From: Spirochaetia bacterium
Lineage (GTDB): Bacteria; Spirochaetota; Spirochaetia; DSM-27196; Salinispiraceae
Direction: 5' to 3'
Assembly (NCBI GenBank): GCA_038204425.1
Contig: JBBRCZ010000001.1
Location: 224,001-288,000 of the forward strand
DNA length: 64,000 nt
Below the pieces are notes generated by a model. The model did not search any database and had not been told where the DNA came from. It saw only the letters and a program-made list of their open reading frames with translations. This document shows positions 8,448 through 17,531 of this stretch, piece after piece (the stretch's first letter is position 1; each line of letters starts with the position of its first letter). The position numbers and the translations under genes are program-made.

Positions 8448-10124
8448 ATGTTTATGAAAACTATAGTCTTTCTGCTTTACTGTTTACTAATTTTTTCATG
8501 TAGTAATCAAACTTATTCGCTGCCGATACAGATAGCGCATCGCATGGAAGCTTTGTATGTCACGACTCCTGATGGACTCCAGAATGATGATCCGCTTTTT
8601 GATAGGTGGATCAGATTGCCAAAAACTGGCGAGAGTGGCAATCTTATATTGACAGTCGGTAACGTTAGCAAAAGTATAGAACTGCGCATGCAGGTGTTTT
8701 TGGAGAACCAAATAGTGAGCGAGCAAACGTTTTCCCTAGTGGACGCTCGCCGGGTGTCAAATTCAAGAGAACTTGTTTTGGCGTTAAAGATACAAGACGT
8801 AGGCGATCAGCAATTTGTGCGTTGGACCAAAGTAATAGCAACAGATGCAATTGAAAACGTCTTAACAGGCATAGCTTGGCAAAGCACTTTACCAACAAGA
8901 ACCGTAGTTGAGTTCAAGCAAAGTGCGCAATTAAGCGAAGTTTCACTCAATGAACCAGGAAGTCTTCGCTTAACAGACACTCAAATCAGCTGGCAATTTG
9001 AAGGCGGAATGACTTCCTTTGACGTCAAATCCCAAACTGGACTCGATCTTTTTGTCGACACTGGCTCGCGCCAAAAGCGAGAATCAATTGAACTAAGTAC
9101 ACAGGGCATAGCAAAAGCCAGCATTGTCAACCTTGAGGTGTTTTCTCGCCAAAGTATTTTGGTTCCCAAACAACTTTTGGCTTCAGACTTTTCAAAAGTG
9201 ACTTTGGACTTTGCAGATAGCTTACGTGACTTTAAGCTGGGTATTGTTAGCCAGCAGGTCAATGACCTGTCTATCAACCAACCGATTCTCAGCGATCTCG
9301 GTGCAGCCTTGCTATTTTCACAGAACAGGTGGAGAAGCACCAATTTGGAAAGCTTCAGGTGGAATCGATTTCCCAACGTTGTTCTGCTCGATTTTGCCTC
9401 AGCAAGCATTCAAGACCTCTACGTCAAAAGGATGGTTTTCTTTGTAGAAAAAAAACGCTTTAGAGGAAGTATACTAAGCAACAATGATTTGGCCGGAAGG
9501 CATGGTTGGAACGCAAATAACTTTAGACCACAAGATTTGGCCGCTTTCTTTAACACGGTTAGCGAGACTGGATTTGAGCTGAATCAGGAAGAACTCTGGC
9601 TAAAAGAGTCTCTAGTGTCTTGGGGAATCCTCAAGCGCGAGCCGACAAACGCAGCATGGGTGGCACCGGGCATAGGTGGACTGATAAGTATTGCAAGAGG
9701 AATGGCGCCGTCTACGCGTGAAAAACTGCTAAACCATGAGGCCCTGCATGGAGTATTTTACGAATTAGAACAGTTGCAAACCATAAGCAGACGACTCTTA
9801 CGTACCCTCAGCCGAGAAGCACGAGAGTTCTTTTTTGCCTTTTTTGATTTTATGAGTTATGACGTGTCGGATGACTACTTAATGGTAAACGAATTTCAGG
9901 CTTACTTGCTCCAACAACCATTAAACGAGCTAAGGGCCTACCTTAGCATTATGGCAAACAGGCTTGACTCTATCGGCTACCGAGGCAAACAAGACTACTC
10001 AGTGAGCGCAAATTTGGTCGCGCAGGAGCTCGAAATATGCGCTAAAGAACTTGCAAATTTTTTGGTGACTATGGATATTGACCACCAAAGTCTAAGTTCG
10101 ATAAAACGATTTCGGACTCAGTAA
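8448..10124 (+). CDS. Lipoprotein with a C-terminal HExxH zincin-like motif
   Basis: Signal/lipobox MKTIVFLLYCLLIFSC; LNHEALHG followed by NEFQAY. Confidence 0.7.
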   Translation: MFMKTIVFLLYCLLIFSCSNQTYSLPIQIAHRMEALYVTTPDGLQNDDPLFDRWIRLPKTGESGNLILTVGNVSKSIELRMQVFLENQIVSEQTFSLVDARRVSNSRELVLALKIQDVGDQQFVRWTKVIATDAIENVLTGIAWQSTLPTRTVVEFKQSAQLSEVSLNEPGSLRLTDTQISWQFEGGMTSFDVKSQTGLDLFVDTGSRQKRESIELSTQGIAKASIVNLEVFSRQSILVPKQLLASDFSKVTLDFADSLRDFKLGIVSQQVNDLSINQPILSDLGAALLFSQNRWRSTNLESFRWNRFPNVVLLDFASASIQDLYVKRMVFFVEKKRFRGSILSNNDLAGRHGWNANNFRPQDLAAFFNTVSETGFELNQEELWLKESLVSWGILKREPTNAAWVAPGIGGLISIARGMAPSTREKLLNHEALHGVFYELEQLQTISRRLLRTLSREAREFFFAFFDFMSYDVSDDYLMVNEFQAYLLQQPLNELRAYLSIMANRLDSIGYRGKQDYSVSANLVAQELEICAKELANFLVTMDIDHQSLSSIKRFRTQ

Positions 10125-10126
10125 AC

Positions 10127-10540
10127 TCAGATATCGTAATGAAGTTGTTGTTTGCTCATCTGCTGTTCCAAAAAGAGCTGCTCAATCGTGCGATCAAGTA
10201 AGAGAGCAATGCTCTCTTGAAGTTGATTCCAAAAAAAACCTATAAAGTTGTCTCTTTTTTGTTCGGATACAATCTCAAGTTTTCCTTCGAGCATCGTTAA
10301 TGCTTCCATAACACCGATCAAAGAAGGGTGTTTGGCTAGTGCATAGCCACCAGATGCGCCTCGAAAGCTCTCGACTACGCCCGACTTCTTGAGGGCAACC
10401 AATATTTGTTCAAGATAATGCTGAGGTATCCGGTGTGCGTCGGCAATGTCCTTAATCTGTCGGGGTCCGGTTCCATAGCAGCCAGCAAGCTCGACAAGAG
10501 CGGTCAATCCGTAAACACCTTTTGCACTAATTGTAAACAT
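10127..10540 (-). CDS. Rrf2 family transcriptional regulator (CymR-like, lacks the IscR cysteines)
   Basis: YLEQIL..LKKSG.VES.RGASGGY.LAK; no C-terminal Cys triad. Confidence 0.92.
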   Translation of the reverse strand: MFTISAKGVYGLTALVELAGCYGTGPRQIKDIADAHRIPQHYLEQILVALKKSGVVESFRGASGGYALAKHPSLIGVMEALTMLEGKLEIVSEQKRDNFIGFFWNQLQESIALLLDRTIEQLFLEQQMSKQQLHYDI

Positions 10541-10557
10541 GTGTATCTCCGCGTTCG

Positions 10558-10586
10558 AAAATAGGAGACTTATAGCCTAATGTCAA
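10558..10586 (-). promoter_or_regulatory. Sigma70 promoter of the Rrf2 gene
   Basis: TTGACA-N17-TATTTT; the -35 overlaps the recQ stop codon. Confidence 0.55.
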
Positions 10587-12022
10587 GTGGTTTTATCAAG
10601 ATTCAATTGCCGTGGCGTGTAAATCCTATTCCAAGTCAATGGGTGCTTGCTAACGTTTAACAATGAATGTGCCATTGCCTCAGCAATAATTTTGCTAAGG
10701 TCTCTTTGATCAAAAATCCTAAAGGCTTTACTTTGACTGAGAATCTGAGCCAGGTCCCAGTGTTTATGCAATCTGTTTTCAGCTGCAACAACAGAAACCA
10801 ATTTACTATAAAGCGGATCGATATTTGTTTTGGATGGATGGCAACAAAGATCACAAGAATTACAGGGTTCTTCACTAGTATAGCCAAAGTGTTCCAGCAG
10901 TGAGCGCCGTCTACAAGCGCCGGTATCTAAAAAAGGTAAAAACTCATGATTGATCTTTTCGCGGACTGGATCGTAAATCAACACAGCCTTTGCTGGCTTT
11001 CCATCTCGACCAGCCCGGCCAGTTTCTTGAACATATGAAACCATGCTATCGGGAACGCCCCAATGCAAGACCGACCTTATACCAGGGTGATCTACTCCCA
11101 TTCCATACGCATTGGTCGATACCAAGATCCCCGTTTTTGAGTACTTAAACCAATGAGCAACGTGCTCTTTTTCGGCATGAGACAACCCCGCATGATAAAA
11201 TCGAACGTTTGCTTTTTGCTCGGCAAAATGAACTCCTTGGGCAAAGAACTCACAGCCTTTTCTGTTGCGCAGGAAAACCAAGGTCGGACGAGGTAGGATA
11301 TCCTGTCTGGATAAGAGAAACCGTATCAGGTAGTCGTTTCGGTCATTTTTCCAGACTTGGAAAAACAAATTCTTCTTGTTTGGGCTAAGTGAGTACTCGT
11401 ATATTTCGCTTTCACCTAAAAGTGAACGCAAACTGGCTATGATTGCCTTATCTGCAGTCGCCGTAAAGGCGCTAATTTGACCAATTGTGAGATCATTCCA
11501 TAGGTGAGCGAGTTGTGAGTAGCTTTCTCTAAAACCGTTGCCCCATTGATGTACAACATGGGCCTCGTCGATAACCAAGTGCGAGAAGACCAAGTTTTTG
11601 AGTTGTTTGATAATTGCTTGGTTTGCTAGCATTTCTGGAGTACTTAAGAGAACCTTGGACTGCCCTGACTTGAGACATTGTATTATTTCGTTGTTGTCTT
11701 GTTTAGATCGACCGCCAACCAAAACAAGTGGATTGAGTCCCGCTTTTTTGAATCTTTCTTCTTGGTCAAACAGCAAAGCCCGCAGTGGAAAAATAATCAA
11801 AGTTATGCCTTCTAAGAGCGGGGCCGGGACACCGAAACAAAGTGTTTTTCCATAGCCGGTTGGCAATACGATGATTCTCTTTTTGTAAAAAACTGCGCCA
11901 TCATTGGCTTGATTTTCTGCTCCAATAATCTGAGTAATGATTTCCTTTTGGATAGGATGTGGAGAGTTTACACCCCATGCTTCGTACTGTCTAATTAGTT
12001 TAGTTTCAAGTTCCTGATCCAC
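10583..12022 (-). CDS. recQ: RecQ-family ATP-dependent DNA helicase (short form, no HRDC domain)
   Basis: LPTGYGKT, IDEAH..QWG..FR, FTATA, YHAGL, GMGVD, QETGRAGRDG, and Zn site CRR...CNSCDLC. Confidence 0.9.
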   Translation of the reverse strand: MDQELETKLIRQYEAWGVNSPHPIQKEIITQIIGAENQANDGAVFYKKRIIVLPTGYGKTLCFGVPAPLLEGITLIIFPLRALLFDQEERFKKAGLNPLVLVGGRSKQDNNEIIQCLKSGQSKVLLSTPEMLANQAIIKQLKNLVFSHLVIDEAHVVHQWGNGFRESYSQLAHLWNDLTIGQISAFTATADKAIIASLRSLLGESEIYEYSLSPNKKNLFFQVWKNDRNDYLIRFLLSRQDILPRPTLVFLRNRKGCEFFAQGVHFAEQKANVRFYHAGLSHAEKEHVAHWFKYSKTGILVSTNAYGMGVDHPGIRSVLHWGVPDSMVSYVQETGRAGRDGKPAKAVLIYDPVREKINHEFLPFLDTGACRRRSLLEHFGYTSEEPCNSCDLCCHPSKTNIDPLYSKLVSVVAAENRLHKHWDLAQILSQSKAFRIFDQRDLSKIIAEAMAHSLLNVSKHPLTWNRIYTPRQLNLDKTT

Positions 12023-12086
12023 GCTTATTAGACAGGCAAAACTATGCGTTTGATTTTAAACCAAAGCTATGGGTTTTATTTAAAAC

Positions 12087-12773
12087 CTATGGTTTTGGCT
12101 TAAAATAGAGGGATGGAATTGAGCTGATTCCGTCTATTGAGCAATTGATTGATAAACCCATTAGTGCAAGAATTTTTAAGGACAACCAAATCCAGATTTG
12201 ACTTGGAGTATCCGGGACGTCGATGCATGATCTGAGACTTTCAAAACTAAGCAATTCATGCTCACTCAACTTGACTTCAGAAAAACGCAGGCAGACCTGT
12301 CCCAAATCAGATTCAGTGACTGTCGCAACAATACTCAAGGGACTAGATGGCGAGCCTTTTGCAAAATACTCAATTAGCATAGTCACGCTGAGTGACAATA
12401 ATTCGGTGTCTAGCTCAAAGTAGGGGGCGATTTTTTGGCGATCTACGCTTGGGACTATGGGATCTACCTGATGAATGCCAAGCATACTGTTTAGAAATCT
12501 AACGAGCTCTAGGTCTGAAAATCTTTTATGATGAATTGCTAGTGCGTTGCATTGAAAGCGAGAAAGTAATGCGATTCTGTCCAATAGTCCAAGTTGCAAT
12601 TTTGAAGAATTTAACAATTCTCGCATAAAATCCAGACGTTCTAAATCGGACATCTGGTAGTAATCGTCGATCAGCAGATTCATAACGCCAATCATAGACG
12701 CAAAAGGACTTCTCAAATCGTGTGAAACGAGTTTCATCACTAGATCTAACACCGCGTTTTGCTTACTTTCCAC
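12087..12773 (-). CDS. HisKA/DHp protein with a degenerate ATPase domain (pseudokinase or phosphotransferase)
   Basis: H-box VSHDLRSPF; no N-box, DxGxG or GxGLGL motif in the C-terminal half. Confidence 0.7.
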   Translation of the reverse strand: MESKQNAVLDLVMKLVSHDLRSPFASMIGVMNLLIDDYYQMSDLERLDFMRELLNSSKLQLGLLDRIALLSRFQCNALAIHHKRFSDLELVRFLNSMLGIHQVDPIVPSVDRQKIAPYFELDTELLSLSVTMLIEYFAKGSPSSPLSIVATVTESDLGQVCLRFSEVKLSEHELLSFESLRSCIDVPDTPSQIWIWLSLKILALMGLSINCSIDGISSIPSLYFKPKP

Positions 12774-12887
12774 ACCGTACCTCTATCTATTCAATCACAA
12801 ATATGATGACTTCGAGCATTGACACAAAAACTTAGCTAATAAGATAGTATCTCATTGGATTAAAGAAATCCCGCAAGGAGAATTGAA

Positions 12888-14378
12888 TTGCCCCAAGATC
12901 ATGACAACTTTACTAAAGTGGCCCCCTTACAATGCCCTGCATTGTGGCGCGCATTTGCAAACATCGCCACTATTCCGCATTGCAGTAAGCATGAAAAAGC
13001 AATTATTGAGTTTATTGCACAATTTGCCAGCAAACATGGTCATGAGCAAAGACAGGACGCTAGCGGTAATCTTTTGGTGAGTATCAAGGCCCTAGCCGGA
13101 TTCGAAGCAGTTCCTGGTTTGACGATTCAATCCCATGTGGACATGGTTTGTGAAAAAAACCAAGGTACGTGCCACGATTTCTTAACAGATCCGATCAAAC
13201 TAGAACTTGATGGCGATTGGCTCTCGGCCAATGAAACCACACTCGGGGCCGACAACGGAATTGGCGTTGCCATGATGATTGCTTTGATGAGCGAAGGCGT
13301 CACCAAACAAGCAATTGACTTGTTATTTACAATTGATGAAGAAACCGGCTTAACGGGCGCCTTGCATCTTGATGAACAGATGCTGAGGTTTGAGGACTTG
13401 ATAAACCTCGATGGTGAAGAAGAAGGGTTCTTTTATATTGGCTGTGCTGGTGGCAGCGATACCAAGGCTAGCTTGGCACTAAGTCGATTGCCAGTAACGT
13501 ACGATCGCCAATGCTATCAAATAGAAGTCAAGGGTTTGCAGGGTGGCCATTCTGGGGCAGACATTCATCTTAAGCGTGCTAATGCAATCAAGCTGGTGGC
13601 GGTTGTACTCGAACATCTTTTGCAAGAACAGCTAAGTTTTGACCTTTACAGCGTTGACGGCGGCGACAAACATAATGCGATCCCGCGTGAGGCCCGCGCT
13701 GAGATTGGGATTGCAGCTATCGATTGTGTGGCACTGAGCGCTCATTTTGAAGTCATCAAGACCCAACTCTACGCGCAATGGCAAACAGTTGAACAGGACA
13801 TTGAAATTAGCTTTTCAAAGCAGTCGCCAAGATTTGAAGTACCGATATCACCGTCGAATAAAAGTGATTTGCTCGCAGTAATCAAACAAGTGCCGCATGG
13901 AGTTGTCGCTATGAGTACGGATATAGCCGACTTGGTTTCAATTAGTAACAATCTCGCCTCGGTCAAAACCGAGCATAAAAGTGTCGTCATCAACGCCAGT
14001 CACCGTGCTGACAATAACCAAATTTTGGCGACTTTTCAGAAAAGTGTCGCGGACATTTTTGAAGCCAAGAAGTTGTACATTAGCAGTAACAATGGCTACC
14101 CAGCTTGGACACCACAGCCAAACAACAGCTTGGTCAATCAATGCAAACAAGCCTATCTTGAATTTTCTAAACAACCGGCCCAGATCGCAGCCATTCACGC
14201 TGGACTCGAATGCGGCGTTATTGGCTCCAAAAAGCCGGATTTGAGAATGATCTCGTTTGGACCTACAATTCGTGGCGCGCATACTCCAGAAGAGAAAGTG
14301 TCAATTTCTTCCACGGTTCGTATCTGGAATTTTCTGATCTATTTGATTGATAGTCTAACAACGGTCAAAAAGTCTTAA
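12888..14378 (+). CDS. pepD: Aminoacyl-histidine dipeptidase (M20 family)
   Basis: QSHVDMVCEKN, TTLGADNGIG, DEETG, GGHSG, IHAGLECG, AHTPEE. Confidence 0.95.
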   Translation: MPQDHDNFTKVAPLQCPALWRAFANIATIPHCSKHEKAIIEFIAQFASKHGHEQRQDASGNLLVSIKALAGFEAVPGLTIQSHVDMVCEKNQGTCHDFLTDPIKLELDGDWLSANETTLGADNGIGVAMMIALMSEGVTKQAIDLLFTIDEETGLTGALHLDEQMLRFEDLINLDGEEEGFFYIGCAGGSDTKASLALSRLPVTYDRQCYQIEVKGLQGGHSGADIHLKRANAIKLVAVVLEHLLQEQLSFDLYSVDGGDKHNAIPREARAEIGIAAIDCVALSAHFEVIKTQLYAQWQTVEQDIEISFSKQSPRFEVPISPSNKSDLLAVIKQVPHGVVAMSTDIADLVSISNNLASVKTEHKSVVINASHRADNNQILATFQKSVADIFEAKKLYISSNNGYPAWTPQPNNSLVNQCKQAYLEFSKQPAQIAAIHAGLECGVIGSKKPDLRMISFGPTIRGAHTPEEKVSISSTVRIWNFLIYLIDSLTTVKKS

Positions 14379-14380
14379 GA

Positions 14381-14409
14381 TTGCTTGCGGCCAGACTGGC
14401 TGATAGGAT
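14381..14409 (+). promoter_or_regulatory. Promoter of the MinD-like ATPase/cyclase operon
   Basis: TTGCTT-N17-TAGGAT with an extended -10 TG. Confidence 0.5.
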
Positions 14410-14421
14410 AGAGTTTAGAAA

Positions 14422-16074
14422 ATGAACGACCTTACTAATGTGTTGGCCAAAAAAATTGTCGCAGTCGGTTCAGGTAAAGGTGGAGTAGGTAAGTCTACCA
14501 TTAGTACTAATTTGGCTTTCTATGCTGCGCGGTCTGGGCTAAGGGTAGCGCTATTGGATGCTGATCCGCTAAGCAATATCCACGTGATACTTGATCTTGA
14601 TATTGCGCCACTGGAGCTAAGCCGCAGCAAAGTCGGTCTTGACTGGAAAAATATTTGCCTTCCCGTTGCTAAGGGAATTGACCTGCTTTTTCCAGGCAGC
14701 AAACTTGGCAAAAATGACTCTCAAAAGATGGTGGATCTTTCCTTCTTTACTTACGGTCACAAGCTTGACGAGCTTTACGACCTGATTATAATTGACCTCC
14801 CAGCCGGTATCGGCCAAAGTGAAAACCTTAACTTTTTGCCGCATCTTGAGAACTTAGTCATTGTTTGTAATTCGGAACCAACTAGCCACGTTTCTGCGGG
14901 CGGCTACATTAAGGCTGCTTCAGAAATCAATCCTCAGTTAAAGTACTTCATTTGGCACAACAAATACGAAAAATCCATCCAAGAAAACTTCAATCCCAAT
15001 GATTTGTGGGCAAACTACAATCACTACGTACCTGACGATCTTAAGCTTGACAACAGCGTCCGTTTGGCCATGCAAGATATTGCACACGTTCCTCATGATC
15101 CAACTCTAGACCTCCTACAGTCCAATTCTGAGCTCCACCACAGTCTTCTGGGCAAGTTTATTGAACTTGTTGACTTGCTTGACGATCAGATTTGTACGGA
15201 AATCAGCACTGAAAGTGGCTTACCCAAATCCGCGAGAGCGTTGGTACGCTACTTTGTACTCCACAACCCAAAGGCGGGTCTTGGTGAGTGGCGCAACTAT
15301 GCTCAAGTTGTTGGCGGTGAGTCTTTTGCCAAGGCAATCTACAACAATCCTTTTATTGAAAAATATCTGCTTGTCCAAGCCGCACATCCATTAAGAAAAA
15401 AAATTGCCCAATGTCGCCTTGACATCGCTGCGCTTTTGGAGAGCCTTACCGGGTCAGCCAAACCATTTCAAACTTTCAATCAGGAACATAAAAAGCAAAT
15501 AATTCGCCTCAATAGTGGTACGGTTGAATCATTAAGAGACTTGCTTGGAATCTTGGCCAATCGCATCAACAAGTATGACAAGGCCTCCGGCATTTGGCCC
15601 AAAGAAAACTATGCCATGGTTCTAAAGTTGTCGGGCCTATTGCTCTACTACTTCTCTTTTTGGAAGTTGACTCAATACGCTTCTATTCAGAAACTAATTA
15701 CTGGTTTTGTACCAACGAGAACTGATAAGGATGGCCAAAAGATCAGGGATCGAAGAAGTCAAATCAGAATGCTTACCTACGAAGTCGAGTCCTATCGCAA
15801 AAAGTATTTTTTGTTGCTTAAAAATCTATTTCCAATTCTTCAGAAACAAGTCCTAAGCATCGCAAAAAATGGCAGTTTCCGAATTTTGATTTTTTTGGAC
15901 CAAAATGGCAAGCCCAATCACAATACCTACCTTAAGCTTCTTAATAGACTACTTCATGACATGGTAAACTCGGGCTTGGGTTTGTTTGTCGGGTTGCAGT
16001 TTAACACTTCGGCAGACGCCCTCAAGGCTGGAGCCGCCAAACTCTTGCAAAACACAACAAGGATCAAAGTATAG
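14422..16074 (+). CDS. MinD/FlhG/ParA-family ATPase with a large internal helical insertion
   Basis: Deviant Walker A SGKGGVGKS, DADP, IIIDLPAG, EPTS, WHNK, VPHDP; 550 aa versus about 270-300 aa for the family. Confidence 0.88.
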   Translation: MNDLTNVLAKKIVAVGSGKGGVGKSTISTNLAFYAARSGLRVALLDADPLSNIHVILDLDIAPLELSRSKVGLDWKNICLPVAKGIDLLFPGSKLGKNDSQKMVDLSFFTYGHKLDELYDLIIIDLPAGIGQSENLNFLPHLENLVIVCNSEPTSHVSAGGYIKAASEINPQLKYFIWHNKYEKSIQENFNPNDLWANYNHYVPDDLKLDNSVRLAMQDIAHVPHDPTLDLLQSNSELHHSLLGKFIELVDLLDDQICTEISTESGLPKSARALVRYFVLHNPKAGLGEWRNYAQVVGGESFAKAIYNNPFIEKYLLVQAAHPLRKKIAQCRLDIAALLESLTGSAKPFQTFNQEHKKQIIRLNSGTVESLRDLLGILANRINKYDKASGIWPKENYAMVLKLSGLLLYYFSFWKLTQYASIQKLITGFVPTRTDKDGQKIRDRRSQIRMLTYEVESYRKKYFLLLKNLFPILQKQVLSIAKNGSFRILIFLDQNGKPNHNTYLKLLNRLLHDMVNSGLGLFVGLQFNTSADALKAGAAKLLQNTTRIKV

Positions 16075-16076
16075 TA

Positions 16077-17528
16077 ATGTCAAGTTTTAACGCCATTCCT
16101 AAAGTGTCAATTTCGGTCGAGGATCTCAATCGCGCAATCGAAGAGTTCTATTTGCCCCGCCATTTGGTCAGAGCAATTCGGGACATTGGGCACATTCCTG
16201 CACATAGTCAGGAAAGCCACGTTGGAGTGGGTTTTATCGACATTGCCGACTACACCTACTTATCAAAATTCCTCAGCCCCAAAGAAAATCAAATTCTACT
16301 CAATGGCTTGTATACAGCATTTCAGATTGTGCTGGAACGACACCATGGCTTCCTAAACAAAATTGAGGGCGATTCATTGATGTTTCATTTTGACGACATC
16401 ATTAACAAGCAACTGTGGAAACTCAATAAGGAAGATCGGCTTGCCAGCATCGCGCGTTCACTTTTTTATACCTGCGTAGAAATGCAAAGGGTCTGTGTAC
16501 TCTTTAATCAAGCAAACGATCGATTTGTTGATGACACAGCAAGTGAAGAAGCGCGCCAAGCACTAAGAGACGCCTTTGCGATCATCAGCACTATCCGCAA
16601 TAAACATGATCTTTCGTCCACGCTGTTTGCTTTTTTTCAGATTAGAATAAGAATTGGAGCCAATTTGGGCGAAGTCACGATTGGAAATTTTGGTCCGCAC
16701 GGCGCCAAACACTGGGATGTAATTGGTCTGCCCGTTATCAACGCCAAAAGAATGGAATCTACAGCCCCTGTTGGTGGATTGCGTATTGCTGAAGACTTTT
16801 ACAAAATTTTAAAGCAAATTGGTGTAGTAAAAGACTACCATGAGAGATTTAAACGCGAAGCTGTTTTAATGAATAGTGTTTACAAATCCATTAGTGAGGA
16901 AGAACTTTTTTCTTATCGTGAAGTGGTTATTCACGAAAAAAAAGGTGCTTCTTTTAGGACCTACAGTATTCAAGTAAATCCGGCCTTACCTGAGACCATG
17001 GCTGCCCAAGTCAAACAATTGCTCAATCACGGTCAACTTGGCGTTAAGCGAATCTTGGAGTTTATCAAATACTATCGCGGAAACCGCTATGTGATGGATG
17101 CCATTGAAAGCCTGTTTAAGACTATTGGGATAGAAATCTACTTAGAAGAGCTATTGGAGCTTATTCACCCCAAACGCATCCAGATGCTGCGCAGTAAAGC
17201 TATCAAAGAGAATGCAGATCTGCATAGTCTTACTCAGAAAGAATACTCGCTTTTTGAAGTGCTTGCGTTTATGGATAGATACCAAGATCAAGTTCAAGTG
17301 AAGCTCGATGACCAAAAAATAGCAGGCTTTGTATCGTACCAGAGCACCATGAAGCTTCAGCGCGAAGCGGTAGTCAAACGCTATGAACAGCAAAAACAGT
17401 TGATGGTTCAACGAACCTATTTTTATGAAGTAGTGCATCCGCTGGTTTATATGAGCATTGAGAACAGTATTTATGAGTTTCAAAAGAAAGAGTTTGAACC
17501 GCTGGATGTGGAAAGTCTTGAAGGGTAG
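16077..17528 (+). CDS. Soluble class III adenylate/guanylate cyclase
   Basis: FIDIADY, NKIEGDS, RIRIGANLGEV.IGNFG, WDVIG..VINAKRMES; no TM or sensor domain evident. Confidence 0.88.
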   Translation: MSSFNAIPKVSISVEDLNRAIEEFYLPRHLVRAIRDIGHIPAHSQESHVGVGFIDIADYTYLSKFLSPKENQILLNGLYTAFQIVLERHHGFLNKIEGDSLMFHFDDIINKQLWKLNKEDRLASIARSLFYTCVEMQRVCVLFNQANDRFVDDTASEEARQALRDAFAIISTIRNKHDLSSTLFAFFQIRIRIGANLGEVTIGNFGPHGAKHWDVIGLPVINAKRMESTAPVGGLRIAEDFYKILKQIGVVKDYHERFKREAVLMNSVYKSISEEELFSYREVVIHEKKGASFRTYSIQVNPALPETMAAQVKQLLNHGQLGVKRILEFIKYYRGNRYVMDAIESLFKTIGIEIYLEELLELIHPKRIQMLRSKAIKENADLHSLTQKEYSLFEVLAFMDRYQDQVQVKLDDQKIAGFVSYQSTMKLQREAVVKRYEQQKQLMVQRTYFYEVVHPLVYMSIENSIYEFQKKEFEPLDVESLEG

Positions 17529-17531
17529 CGC

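Noticed and set aside
14422..16074. Calling the ATPase minD, flhG or parA
   Set aside because: There is no minC/minE, flhF or parB neighbour, no membrane-targeting helix, and it is twice the normal length.
14422..17528. Pycsar or CBASS-type anti-phage system
   Set aside because: The cyclase has the purine-specifying Lys/Asp pair, there is no adjacent TIR, TM or nuclease effector, and the context is housekeeping with no defence-island features. A formal PycC HMM test was not run.
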